Origin: Spirochaetota bacterium
GTDB lineage: Bacteria; Spirochaetota; UBA4802; UBA5550
Direction: 5' to 3'
DNA: 64,000 nucleotides
NCBI GenBank assembly: GCA_963664815.2
Contig: CAXXHB010000003.1
Coordinates: 1,024,001-1,088,000, forward strand
Shown here: positions 1 through 9,758 of the stretch, piece by piece
How positions within the stretch are numbered: the stretch's first letter is position 1
Layout of the letters: the number at the start of each line of letters is the position of its first letter
Made by a program: the position numbers and the translations under genes
The notes under the pieces: generated by a model
What the model saw: the letters and a program-made list of their open reading frames with translations, nothing else
The model's database searches: none
What the model was told of the DNA's origin: nothing

Positions 1-1
1 C

Positions 2-133
2 GGATCATGGCTCCCTGAGAGCGGCTACCAGCCGGATGACAAACCATGTTTTGAACTCTACGGTCCGGACCCAAAAGATCACCCGCAGGGAAAGCATATT
101 TTTGATATATGTGTACCGGTGAAACCTTTATAG
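2..133 (+). CDS. 3' end of a GyrI-like effector-binding domain protein (probably AraC-family regulator), truncated by window start
   Basis: Hand translation GSWLPESGYQPDDKPCFELYGPDPKDHPQGKHIFDICVPVKPL*; WLPxSGY...FExY...ICxPV is the GyrI-like C-terminus. Confidence 0.75.
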   Translation, partial: GSWLPESGYQPDDKPCFELYGPDPKDHPQGKHIFDICVPVKPL

Positions 134-579
134 AAATGCCGCTGTGTCAGATTTTTATACCTGAATTGAAATTCTCAATTCAGGTATAAAATATAGTCAT
201 TTCCTCATCCAGCGAATCATCAGTCCGGCGGCATAAGCGCCGGCGAGTGCAACCGGTAATAAAAGTCCGAAAGAATAAGAGACAAGGGCAAGCTCTAAAA
301 ATGTAAGTATACCGGGAATGAAAATAAACAGAATGAACACCACTATTACGGCTTTTCTCATTTAATATGCGGCTCCTCACCTTAAATTTAAGATTCATAT
401 ATTACCGGCAATAAAATATCAACCTGAATCAATATCAATTCCCGAATTTATTTGATTAAAAGTATTATTATTTATTATAATAAAAAAACTTCAAAATATT
501 ACACTTATTGTAAATTATATATTCATATCTTGCATGTAGTAATATATAAAATAAAAATTACATCAATATATCAAATTTA

Positions 580-608
580 TTGACATTTATCTGTGTATAT
601 CCTATACA
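580..608 (+). promoter_or_regulatory. sigma70-like promoter upstream of the acetyl-CoA hydrolase gene
   Basis: TTGACA (580-585), 17 nt, TATACA (603-608) in an AT-rich intergenic region. Confidence 0.45.
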
Positions 609-710
609 TAGAAAGCCTGATTGTTTATGAAATATTGCTGTATTAGTGCTTTTTTTACTTCAGCCCCTGCAATAATCCATGAAAAACCAGTTATTTACAG
701 GAGGAAAGAT

Positions 711-2915
711 ATGAATATGTTGGAAAAATCCGTAAGTATTTATGGTAAAACAGGAGTGGTTACGGATGATGTGGTTAAAACTGTTGATGATGTAATTAAT
801 TATGTAGGCAAAGAGATCAATTTTTCCATGACCCTTGGACTCGGGAAACCTGTGCGCTTTATAAACGAACTGTACAGAAGGGCAAAAGAGGATCCAGCCA
901 TAAAACTTAATATTATGACAGGGCTCTCTCTTGAAAAACCGAGGGGAAACAGCGAACTTGAAAAAAGACTCATAGACCCACTTGCCGAGAGAATATTCGG
1001 GGGATACCCTGATTTCCAGTACATGATAGACCTCCGGGACGGGAAGATGCCCCCGAATGTACAGATGTTTGAATTTTACAGCAAGGCCGGTTCTATAATC
1101 AATATACCGTCTCAAAACAGAAACCACCTCCCTTCAAATTATACCCACGTAGCACGTGACGCCTACTGGCATAACAGTGCCAATGTTTTTGCGCAGCTTA
1201 TCGGATGCAGGGAGATCAACGGCAAGGTTATGTACTCCATGGGGTGCAACACGGATATATGCGTCAGCGCCCTTAAACTTATTGAACTGGGGAAGTCACA
1301 GGGCAAGAAGATGGCCCTTATCGGAGAGGTTAATGAAAATCTGCCGTTCATGTACGGAGATGCAGTTTATGAGGGCGAGGCTTATGACATTCTTCTTAAG
1401 GGGCCGGAGTTCAACTACAGGCTCTTCGCTCCGCCAAAGGATGCAGTTACAGCTAAAGACCATATGATAGGGCTTAATATAAGCACGCTTGTAAAAGACG
1501 GCGGCACACTGCAGGTGGGGATAGGCGCACTTGGCGACGCCATAGTAGCCGGACTTGACCTGCGGCATTCGCACAATGAATTATATAACGAAATGATTGA
1601 TAAGGCCGGCTTAACCGGACGCTATGGCCGACTGATTGACAAGTACGGAGGGAAGGGTACTTTTGAAAAAGGCCTGTACGGTTCTTCGGAGATGTTTGTA
1701 GACGCTTTCCTGCAGCTTTACAGGAAAGGGATACTTAAAAGGAAGGTATATGACAACCTTGCCATTATGAAACTCGTCGATGAAGGGAAGCTCTCGGAGA
1801 ATAACATTCCTGACGATATACTGGAACTCCTCTATGAGAAGGAGGGGATCCACCTGAGGATGAGAGAGAAGGATTTCAACATGCTTGTTGAATACGGTAT
1901 TTTAAGGGAGGGCCTGACATATAAAGACGGTTTCATATACGACGGCGAAACAGAATATAATGCCGACATTTATGATAAAAAGAACCTGGCGGCAATAAAG
2001 AAATTTCTTGGTAAAAAACTGAAAAAGGGGCAGGTTATACTGGGTGCCTTTTATCTCGGGCCTGAATCATTCTACAAAGCTCTCAACGAAATGAGCGAGG
2101 AGGAGAGATCCCAGTTCGGGATGTCGGGAGTTGAAAAGGTAAACCAGCTGTATGGCGACGAGGAGCTTCGTTCACTGCAGAGAAAGAACGGCAGGTTTGT
2201 AAATTCAGGTCTGGTGGCTACGGTTACGGGAGCCGTGGCATCTGACCAGCTTGAGGATGGAAGGGTTGTAAGCGGTATAGGGGGGCAGTACAATTTTGTC
2301 TCTATGGCGCACGCAGTCCCCGGCGGCAAGCTGATTATGGCTATAAGGGCTACAAGGGGATCGGGTAAGAACCTGAGGTCTAATATAGTATACAATTACG
2401 GTCACTGCTCAATACCAAAATACCTGAGGGATATCATAGTAACAGAGTATGGCATTGCGCATATTAAGGGATTGCCTGAAAGTAAAATTATAGAAGAGAT
2501 GATAAAAATAACCGATTCCCGGTTCCAGCAGGAACTTGTCAACAGGGCAAAAAAACATGGCAAACTCCCTACGGAATATCAGATACCTGAGGAGTACAAA
2601 AATAATTTCCCTGAAAGGATTGAAACCTTTATTAAATCCTACCAGCCTCAGGGTCATTTCCAGCAGTTCCCTTTTGGAACTGATGTTACACGGGAGGAGG
2701 CCGTTCTTGCCGGTTCACTTAAGGGGCTGAAGGCATATAAGGATTCAAGACCAGTAACTACAGTCCTTAAGCTCATTACAGAATTTTTTAAACCTGTGCC
2801 GGAAAAGGCCTCTCCATACCTGAAAAGAATGGATCTTGAAAAGCCGGCAAACTTCAGCCAGAGATTTCAGCAGAAGACTGTAATTGTGGCGCTCAGGAAT
2901 GCCGGGAGGGTGTGA
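711..2915 (+). CDS. acetyl-CoA hydrolase/transferase family protein (long form)
   Basis: LGLGKP, SNYTH, DGGTLQVGIG, SGIGGQYNFV and RDIIVTEYGIA motifs; AGGAGG RBS before ATG 711 (ORF track start 621 is likely too early). Confidence 0.85.
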   Translation: MNMLEKSVSIYGKTGVVTDDVVKTVDDVINYVGKEINFSMTLGLGKPVRFINELYRRAKEDPAIKLNIMTGLSLEKPRGNSELEKRLIDPLAERIFGGYPDFQYMIDLRDGKMPPNVQMFEFYSKAGSIINIPSQNRNHLPSNYTHVARDAYWHNSANVFAQLIGCREINGKVMYSMGCNTDICVSALKLIELGKSQGKKMALIGEVNENLPFMYGDAVYEGEAYDILLKGPEFNYRLFAPPKDAVTAKDHMIGLNISTLVKDGGTLQVGIGALGDAIVAGLDLRHSHNELYNEMIDKAGLTGRYGRLIDKYGGKGTFEKGLYGSSEMFVDAFLQLYRKGILKRKVYDNLAIMKLVDEGKLSENNIPDDILELLYEKEGIHLRMREKDFNMLVEYGILREGLTYKDGFIYDGETEYNADIYDKKNLAAIKKFLGKKLKKGQVILGAFYLGPESFYKALNEMSEEERSQFGMSGVEKVNQLYGDEELRSLQRKNGRFVNSGLVATVTGAVASDQLEDGRVVSGIGGQYNFVSMAHAVPGGKLIMAIRATRGSGKNLRSNIVYNYGHCSIPKYLRDIIVTEYGIAHIKGLPESKIIEEMIKITDSRFQQELVNRAKKHGKLPTEYQIPEEYKNNFPERIETFIKSYQPQGHFQQFPFGTDVTREEAVLAGSLKGLKAYKDSRPVTTVLKLITEFFKPVPEKASPYLKRMDLEKPANFSQRFQQKTVIVALRNAGRV

Positions 2916-2984
2916 GATCTTCTTTAATATTGAACAATCAATGTTACCATCGGGGGACTGACCTGCATCAGTAAATAATGTTCA

Positions 2985-3110
2985 GCCCCCGGCTCACACG
3001 CTTATTGTCTGGACTGCACATCATCCGGTAAGTTTACCTGTACCGGAAGCCCCTGGCACACACTCATTTTCTGGATTGCACATCACCTGGTAAGTTAATC
3101 TGTACTAAAA
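2985..3110. repeat. two tandem ~63-bp imperfect repeats; diverged third copy at ~7219-7280
   Basis: Units 2985-3048 and 3049-3110 share GCCCC..GG..CACAC.CT.ATT.TCTGGA.TGCACATCA.C.GGTAAGTT.A.CTGTAC. Confidence 0.7.
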
Positions 3111-3340
3111 GCCCCCTAAATCCCGGCGGGGGACTTAAAGGCTGCTGTACTGATAAATATTTAAGTCAATAATACACAGATACATGCCTGATTTTTACTG
3201 TCATAAGAGAAAGCCAGTATTAGAAATTGATTCAGATGTTCATAAACTCAGAAAGTATTATGACGATTACAGGAATGAATATATTAAAACACAAATAGTT
3301 TAATAACAGTATCTTCAAGTCCATCGGGGGATTTAGTGGG
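3111..3340. repeat. inverted pair of REP-like elements
   Basis: CCCCCTAAATCCCGGCGGGGGACTT (3112-3136); the reverse complement of 3317-3340 is CCCACTAAATCCCCCGATGGACTT. Confidence 0.5.
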
Positions 3341-3522
3341 ATGTTTCCGGAGGATTATGGATTCGCCGGGGAATTTTTTTGTTTATTATAACGTTTAATT
3401 GGTTATATTACAATAAAGATGTTAATATTATAGTTGGTCATCTGCTGTAAATTGTGTATTGTTATATATACTGTTTTATAAAAACTTATAAAAGAGCATG
3501 GCATTTTTACGGGGGGGATATC

Positions 3523-4368
3523 ATGCGCCACTTTTCTCATATTCTGCTACGAATAAACCGTATTTTACTGATAACTCCGATATTCTTTTCGGGGAAGCAG
3601 TATGTCTATGCTGAAGAGATTATCCGGATTAATGGATCCGGAACGTGTCTTGAAATGATTAAACCGGTGATGGAAAGCTACATAAAAGATTACCACGGTA
3701 CTTCATTCCGTATAGAAAAGCCGCTGGGGAGTTCGGGATCGATCAAGGCGCTGCTGGCAGGGGCTGTTGACATTGCAATTGTAAGCCGTCAATTGAAAAG
3801 TGAAGAAGCAGCCATGGGAGCAAACCTCAAAGTTTACGGCATTACACCCCTTGCAATAGTTACAGAAAAGAAAGTGCGGGTAAAAGCCATATCTGCCGGT
3901 GAACTTGCAGATATTTATTCAGGCAAAACAGTGAAGTGGCCCGATGGGACAACCATAAGAGTGATCCTGCGGCCGAATGAGGATACCGATACGAAAATAC
4001 TGAAGGCCCTGTCTGCAGAAATGGCGGATGCGGTAACAAAAGCGCATGGACGCAGAGGGGTAAGGATTGCATTGAATGATACAGAGTCGAATGAGGCGGT
4101 ATCCTTAACATCTGGCGCCATAGGAACATCAGGTCTTGCAGGAGTACTTGCAGGAAAACCGGCACTGAATGTCCTGACTCTTAACGGAGTAAAACCGGGG
4201 AGGGATACGCTGGCTGACGGGACCTACCCACTTTCAAAGGAGATAAACTTTGTTACTACTGCCGGATTGTCCGATGCAGCGGTAAAATTTTTAAGGTTTA
4301 TATATTCCGAAAAGGGGCGCGCCATAGCGGAGAAAAACGGAGTCCTGGTAACTGTTGATAAAAAATGA
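3523..4368 (+). CDS. PstS-like periplasmic substrate-binding protein (PBP domain)
   Basis: INGSGT, LGSSGSIKAL..GAVDIA..SR, IYSGK..KW and GTYPLS motifs; start uncertain (3454 or 3523). Confidence 0.8.
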   Translation: MRHFSHILLRINRILLITPIFFSGKQYVYAEEIIRINGSGTCLEMIKPVMESYIKDYHGTSFRIEKPLGSSGSIKALLAGAVDIAIVSRQLKSEEAAMGANLKVYGITPLAIVTEKKVRVKAISAGELADIYSGKTVKWPDGTTIRVILRPNEDTDTKILKALSAEMADAVTKAHGRRGVRIALNDTESNEAVSLTSGAIGTSGLAGVLAGKPALNVLTLNGVKPGRDTLADGTYPLSKEINFVTTAGLSDAAVKFLRFIYSEKGRAIAEKNGVLVTVDKK

Positions 4369-7142
4369 AATCGCCTGCCACATCCATAATGAATATTTCA
4401 TCAATACTGACAGGTATAATCAGTATTATAATAGCATTGTCCATTCCGACGGCGCATTTTATATACGCTTACCAGTACATGACAGGCGCTGTCAACGCCG
4501 AGATGACATTTTCTGCCCGGGTCATTGAGGGCCTGGTCGTCAACAATCCGGATTCATGGCAGTATGAAGAGAGTCGTTTAAAGGAGATACTGGAACATCA
4601 TCTTAACCGTACAAGCCGTGAAAATATGAGAATTAAAGATCTTAATGGACACGTATTGGCAGAGACAAATGAATACCCGGCATATCCGGTGATCACCATG
4701 AGACGGTATATTTATGATTCAGGCGTTGAAGTGGCATTGATCGAGAGTGAATGTTCAATAGCCCCTGTAATATTTCGTACAATATTTACCGGGGTTTTTT
4801 CGACTTTGTTCGGCATCATGGTTTTTCTTCTCTTTTATTTTTTCCCCTTAAAAACTGTCAGGATAGCTTATAAGAATCTGCAGGAAAGCGAGGAGCGTAT
4901 CAGGTCTATTATTTCGACAAGTCAGGAGTGGATATGGGCAATAGACACTGATGGAATCCACACCTTCAGCAATCCCGCAGTTGAAAACATCCTAGGGTAC
5001 AGGCCGGATGAAATAGTGGGCTGTACTGCCATACCGTTTCTGATATATACAGAAGATATTCCAAAGATGAACGCGCTTGTTAAAGACAGTATCCGGAACG
5101 GAACAGGCTGGTCAGACATCGTCCTGCGGTGGAATCACAGGGATGGAACAATCCGCTACCTCGAGAGCTTCGCCATGCCGGTTTTTGACAGCGCAGGTGT
5201 GATTACAGGTTTCCATGGATCTGACAGGGATATTACTCAGCGGCAGCAGGCGGAGGATTCTATAAAAAAGAGCGAGGAGCTCTACCGGACTATCTTTGAA
5301 AGCACCTCCACCGCCAATATCATTATCAATGAAGATTCCACGATTCGAATGGCAAATAACAATTTCGCCGAACTTAGCGGATATACAAAGAAGGAGCTGG
5401 AGGGTAAAATCAGCTGGGATGTGCTTGTGCATAAGGATGATCTGGAAAAGATGAAAAACTACCATAAGATGAGAAGGATAAATCCCGATGCTGTGCCGAC
5501 TTCCTATGAAATCCGGTCTATTGGACGTAAAAACGGAGAGAGGAATCTTTTATTAAATGCGGCCATAATTCCGGAAACAAAGGAGAGTGTTATTTCAATT
5601 GTGGATATCACAGAATGGAAACGCCTGGAAAAGGCAAGGATCGAGAGTGAAGAACGTTTCAGGGAGCTTGCGGAACTCCTCCCGGAAACTGTTTATGAGG
5701 CTGATATAAACGGTATATTTACTTTTGTAAACAATTCAGGTTATGAGAAGTTCGGCTATAATTGGGGGGATCTTTTAAAAGGAACGTCGATATTTGATCT
5801 CATTGTTCCGGAAGAACATACTGCCATGATTGAAACTTACCGGAAACTCATTAAAGGAGAAAGAGTGGCTTTGACTGAATATACCGGGAGAAGGAAGGAT
5901 GGTTCTGCTTTCCCTGTACTGGTCCAGGCAATGGCAATTTTTAATAACGGGAAGGTGGCGGGACACAGGGGATTTGTCATTGATATCTCTGAAAAGAAAA
6001 ACATGGAGGATCAGCTTTCAAAGGCAAAAAAAATGGAAGCAATAGGGACGCTTGCAGGGGGTATTGCACATGACTTCAATAATCTGCTTATGGGTATTCT
6101 GGGAAACATATCACTTATTCTGATGAAAATGGATGAAAGTGATCCTGTATATAAACGGCTTAAGAGCGTTGAGGAATATGTTCAGCGGGGGTCGAGCCTG
6201 ACTAACCAGCTTCTCGGGTTTGCCCGGGGCGGAAAATACGAGGTTAAGTCAACGGATATAGGGATGTTTATACAGAATATTTCGGAATTATTCGGACGGA
6301 CCAGAAAGGAGATACATATTCACCACAGGGCACAGGATGGCCTCTGCACCGTTGATATAGACCAGGGGCAGATAGAGCAGGTGCTTATCAACATGTATCT
6401 GAATGCCTCGCATGCAATGCCGGATGGAGGAGACCTCTACCTTTTTGAAGAGAATGTTGAACTTGACAGCAGCCAGGTGAAACCTTACGGGATAGAGCCG
6501 GGGAGATTTGTCAGGCTGACTGTTCAGGATACCGGCACTGGAATGGATGAAACTACTAAAGCAAGAATATTTGAGCCGTTTTTTACAACACGTGAGCCCG
6601 GCCATGGCACCGGCCTTGGACTTGCATCGGCATACGGGATAATAGGGAATCACGGAGGATTTATCAATGTTGAAAGCGAGAAGGGAACAGGAACAACCTT
6701 TGAGATTTATCTCCCGGCATCCGCCGGGAATGCCGAGCCTGCCGTAAAGAGCGAGGATTGTGTTTTTAAAGGAAATGAAACCATACTTCTGGTTGATGAT
6801 GAAGAGATGATCCTTGATGTTACGGCGGAGATGCTCAGAGAGCTCGGCTATAATGTTATAACCGCTTCAGGCGGGATAAGGGGAATAAAAACATATGAAC
6901 AGAAGATGGATAAGATTGACCTGGTTATTCTTGACATGATTATGCCTGACGTCAGCGGAAAAGAAGCATTTGACGAGATGAAGCGTATAAACCCTCATGT
7001 GAAAATACTGCTGTCCAGCGGCTACAGTCTCGACAGCCATGCAAAGGAGATTATTCAGCATGGAAGCAGCGGGTTTATACAGAAACCGTTTGTTACTAAA
7101 GATCTTTCTAAAAAGATCCGGGGACTGCTTGATAAGGGATAA
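4365..7142 (+). CDS. membrane hybrid sensor histidine kinase (2 TM, 3 PAS, HisKA/HATPase, REC)
   Basis: [13 protein letters not shown]-box, FEPFFTT, GTGLGL, C-terminal LLVDDE/LDMIMP receiver; ATGA overlap with upstream gene. Confidence 0.92.
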   Translation: MKSPATSIMNISSILTGIISIIIALSIPTAHFIYAYQYMTGAVNAEMTFSARVIEGLVVNNPDSWQYEESRLKEILEHHLNRTSRENMRIKDLNGHVLAETNEYPAYPVITMRRYIYDSGVEVALIESECSIAPVIFRTIFTGVFSTLFGIMVFLLFYFFPLKTVRIAYKNLQESEERIRSIISTSQEWIWAIDTDGIHTFSNPAVENILGYRPDEIVGCTAIPFLIYTEDIPKMNALVKDSIRNGTGWSDIVLRWNHRDGTIRYLESFAMPVFDSAGVITGFHGSDRDITQRQQAEDSIKKSEELYRTIFESTSTANIIINEDSTIRMANNNFAELSGYTKKELEGKISWDVLVHKDDLEKMKNYHKMRRINPDAVPTSYEIRSIGRKNGERNLLLNAAIIPETKESVISIVDITEWKRLEKARIESEERFRELAELLPETVYEADINGIFTFVNNSGYEKFGYNWGDLLKGTSIFDLIVPEEHTAMIETYRKLIKGERVALTEYTGRRKDGSAFPVLVQAMAIFNNGKVAGHRGFVIDISEKKNMEDQLSKAKKMEAIGTLAGGIAHDFNNLLMGILGNISLILMKMDESDPVYKRLKSVEEYVQRGSSLTNQLLGFARGGKYEVKSTDIGMFIQNISELFGRTRKEIHIHHRAQDGLCTVDIDQGQIEQVLINMYLNASHAMPDGGDLYLFEENVELDSSQVKPYGIEPGRFVRLTVQDTGTGMDETTKARIFEPFFTTREPGHGTGLGLASAYGIIGNHGGFINVESEKGTGTTFEIYLPASAGNAEPAVKSEDCVFKGNETILLVDDEEMILDVTAEMLRELGYNVITASGGIRGIKTYEQKMDKIDLVILDMIMPDVSGKEAFDEMKRINPHVKILLSSGYSLDSHAKEIIQHGSSGFIQKPFVTKDLSKKIRGLLDKG

Positions 7143-7457
7143 GAGATACCCCGGCACACTTAAAGGGGGCAAAGCAGAACTGTCTGTATAGTACCTTCGG
7201 CAATTTGGACTCATCAGACCACGCACACTTCTGTCTGTCGAGTACATCATCTGTTAAATTTACCTGTACCATAAGCCCCCGCACCCCCGGAGGTGGCAAA
7301 GCAGTATGCCAATTTGATAAACCTGTTTTATTAACATATAAAATTTTTAAAAATTCTGCTTGCGCCATGTCATTTGTTTTTCCGGACTGGTTATTAGAGA
7401 CATAAGTTTCTATATAAATAACGATAAAATATAACAGCAATAAAGGAGTGTATATCT

Positions 7458-7997
7458 ATGGCAAAAGTTAAGCTTCATCCCTATTTAAGAACTGCGCATG
7501 GTGGTCTGGATGGTCTTGTCTTTTACCGTCGTTATGGTAAAATTTATATTAAGGCACGTACAATACCGGCTAATCCGAGAACTGAGCCGCAGGTTAAGTG
7601 CAGGGGTAATTTTGGAGGCGGTGTTAAGGCTTGGCAGGTTCTCCCGGAGGAGGAGAAGAACATTTACAGAGCAAGAGCAAAAAGAAAGAAAAAGTCAGGG
7701 TATAACCTTTTTATGTCGGAATACCTTCGCGGTATTGCTCCCGGTTCGCCTGTTATCCCATCGGGAAGCGGCGGAACAGGGGATGCAGTGGTTATATCTT
7801 CTTCCGCTGAAGCTGCAGAATATACATGCTGCTATTCAGGAAACAGCAGATCAGCAGATGGACAGAGTAATAATAATGCGGTAAAAAATAAAAGTAAATC
7901 TGTTAAAACGGGACTTAAGCAGTATATAGACCCTGTTAAAAACCGTTTCAATACCGTTTCAACACCGTTACCTACAGAGAAAAACGCGCGTTTATAG
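7458..7997 (+). CDS. basic hypothetical protein, possible nucleic-acid binder
   Basis: AAGGAG RBS; conserved-looking N-terminal ~90 aa (GGLDGLVFYRRYGK..PANPRT.PQ...R..F...W..L.EEEK..Y...SGYNLFM) followed by a low-complexity tail. Confidence 0.7.
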   Translation: MAKVKLHPYLRTAHGGLDGLVFYRRYGKIYIKARTIPANPRTEPQVKCRGNFGGGVKAWQVLPEEEKNIYRARAKRKKKSGYNLFMSEYLRGIAPGSPVIPSGSGGTGDAVVISSSAEAAEYTCCYSGNSRSADGQSNNNAVKNKSKSVKTGLKQYIDPVKNRFNTVSTPLPTEKNARL

Positions 7998-8116
7998 CTG
8001 TATGTAACGTGTTCGAAGCGAAATTAAAGCGAAACTCAATACTCTGTAAACAGATTGTGATATTTGTCATAAATCTGACGTGAATTTGAATCAGAACCAG
8101 TTGATGCACGAGGCAG

Positions 8117-8153
8117 ACCTCACCCCCGGCCCTCTCCACATGGCGAGAGGTGA
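8117..8153 (+). repeat. REP-like element (CCTCACCCCCGGCCCTCTCC..GAGAGG type)
   Basis: GC-rich hairpin; related element in opposite orientation at 27608-27665. Confidence 0.5.
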
Positions 8154-8257
8154 CTATAGTATTTCCCGTTTTACTTAAAAAACACCCGGGGAGTGGTGTG
8201 GTTAAAGAAACCGGGAGGAGGCGGTTCCGGAACAGACATTATACGGATATCTTCATT

Positions 8258-8305
8258 AAGTGTTGACCTTCATTATTTTAAAAATTCTTTGTGTTATGCG
8301 TAAAA
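8258..8305 (+). promoter_or_regulatory. promoter/operator copy 1, upstream of the WYL gene
   Basis: 40/48 ungapped identity to 9637-9684; contains a -35-like TTGACC. Confidence 0.65.
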
Positions 8306-8403
8306 GTGTTGATAAAGCTGATGTCATTCAGATATTTATTTTCATGGCTTAAATGAGTTGATGCATGAATTGCCGGTAATGGAGTTATTATATTGAGGTG
8401 AGC

Positions 8404-9324
8404 ATGAACCAGGGAAAGATTGAAAAGAAAGTTTCAGGTACAGAATTCAGTATTTTTATGCGGCAGCTGCATATTCTGGCACTTGTGCAGCATAGCACCG
8501 CATCTGAGTATATGAACTACAGGAGCATGGCAGACCTTCTTGATCTTGTTCCATGGGATGAGAATATTGATTCAAAAAAAATAGGGCGATGCGTGGAAAA
8601 ACTTAAAGAGATGGGATTCCCCGTTCATACCGGGAAGGGGGAACAGCGGGTGATGCTTGACCGGGAACTCGGCGCTGATGAAATGCTGGAGATACTACCC
8701 TACTATCTGAACGTAGTGACTGACACAGTCGGCATAAGGGACTGCTTTAAAAGTTATGTTGAAAACCACGGTTCAAGGTCTTTATGGATTATGGCGCGTA
8801 TTTACTTTGCATCTCTTGAGAAGAAGAGGATTAAACTTTCATACCGGTCTGTGAATAATAATGTTCCGGATACATATATACTTAATCCATACCGGTGGAT
8901 CTACAGGGATAACGCGGTTTACCTTATTGCAAAAAATATAAGCCGTGGCGACAATGTGTCGCTTTTCCGGCTTAACAGAATCAGAGATGTTGATATTACA
9001 GATGACAGGTTTGAAGACGATATTCCTTCAGCATATGAGCTTCTTAAACACAGCATGGGCTCGTTTATAAACAACAGGTATTATAATGTAAAACTGATGT
9101 TCCGCTTTGAAGATAAAGAGAGGATTGAAGAGGATTTCGGACACCTTGAGCTTATGTTTGCAGATTCACACTCGGACGGATACGGTGAGGTGACGTTTAC
9201 GGTATGCGACCTTATCAATGTCTGCAAAGCGGTGTTCAGTTATTGCGGCAGGGTAGAGATTATTGACCCTCCTGAAGCTGTAAGCGAGATGAAACGGATG
9301 ATTGAGGGGAATAATATTTACTGA
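8404..9324 (+). CDS. WYL-domain transcriptional regulator (wHTH-WYL-WCX, CapW/BrxR-like architecture)
   Basis: N-terminal HTH-like segment; LSYRS..LNPY..AVYLIA..FRLNRI WYL core; VEIIDP WCX end. Confidence 0.85.
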   Translation: MNQGKIEKKVSGTEFSIFMRQLHILALVQHSTASEYMNYRSMADLLDLVPWDENIDSKKIGRCVEKLKEMGFPVHTGKGEQRVMLDRELGADEMLEILPYYLNVVTDTVGIRDCFKSYVENHGSRSLWIMARIYFASLEKKRIKLSYRSVNNNVPDTYILNPYRWIYRDNAVYLIAKNISRGDNVSLFRLNRIRDVDITDDRFEDDIPSAYELLKHSMGSFINNRYYNVKLMFRFEDKERIEEDFGHLELMFADSHSDGYGEVTFTVCDLINVCKAVFSYCGRVEIIDPPEAVSEMKRMIEGNNIY

Positions 9325-9508
9325 CCTGTATTCACATTTCCGGATGGAGAGCAAAACTTCATTTATTTCATGCTTCCCCTCGGTACAACGGCGTACTTTT
9401 GATAATTTAGAACCTGTTCTTTTACGCCGTCACTCGGGGAGCGCATACTTCCGGCACAAAATACGATGTTTTATCGAGTTGGCCTTTATAAACCAAGCAA
9501 GACTCCCT

Positions 9509-9539
9509 GCGGTTTCAAAAACCTTGTTTTTGAAACCGC
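9509..9539. repeat. perfect 14-bp inverted repeat in the WYL-cas6 intergenic region
   Basis: GCGGTTTCAAAAAC-CTT-GTTTTTGAAACCGC. Confidence 0.75.
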
Positions 9540-9636
9540 CCATAAGTTTTATTTCATTCCGATCTGACTTCACCTGCAAATATTTTGAATTATACAGATT
9601 TTTTCCCAACATGGATGTTATGCGGGTATGTTTATG

Positions 9637-9684
9637 AAGTGTTGCCATGTATTATTTAAACAATTCGTTGTGTTATGCGGAAAA
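9637..9684 (+). promoter_or_regulatory. promoter/operator copy 2, upstream of cas6
   Basis: 40/48 identity to 8258-8305; -35-like TTGCCA; followed by the inverted repeat TTTGTTAT/ATAACAAA (9685-9719). Confidence 0.65.
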
Positions 9685-9758
9685 TTTGTTATTTAATATT
9701 AATATTTACCGATAACAAAGATAATGTATGAAAATAAAAATATTAAAGGCTAAACAAA

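Noticed and set aside
9328-9357. Possible degenerate CRISPR repeat (creA-like) after the WYL gene
   Set aside because: Only 13/29 ungapped identity, no ATTTAAAG handle and no second repeat.
9302-9648. ORFs 9302-9637 (+) and 9430-9648 (-)
   Set aside because: No RBS or recognisable motifs; they overlap hairpins and the promoter copy.
8291-9680. GTTATGCG motifs as attC/attI core sites
   Set aside because: No paired inverse core or cassette ORF; their position fits promoter/operator better.
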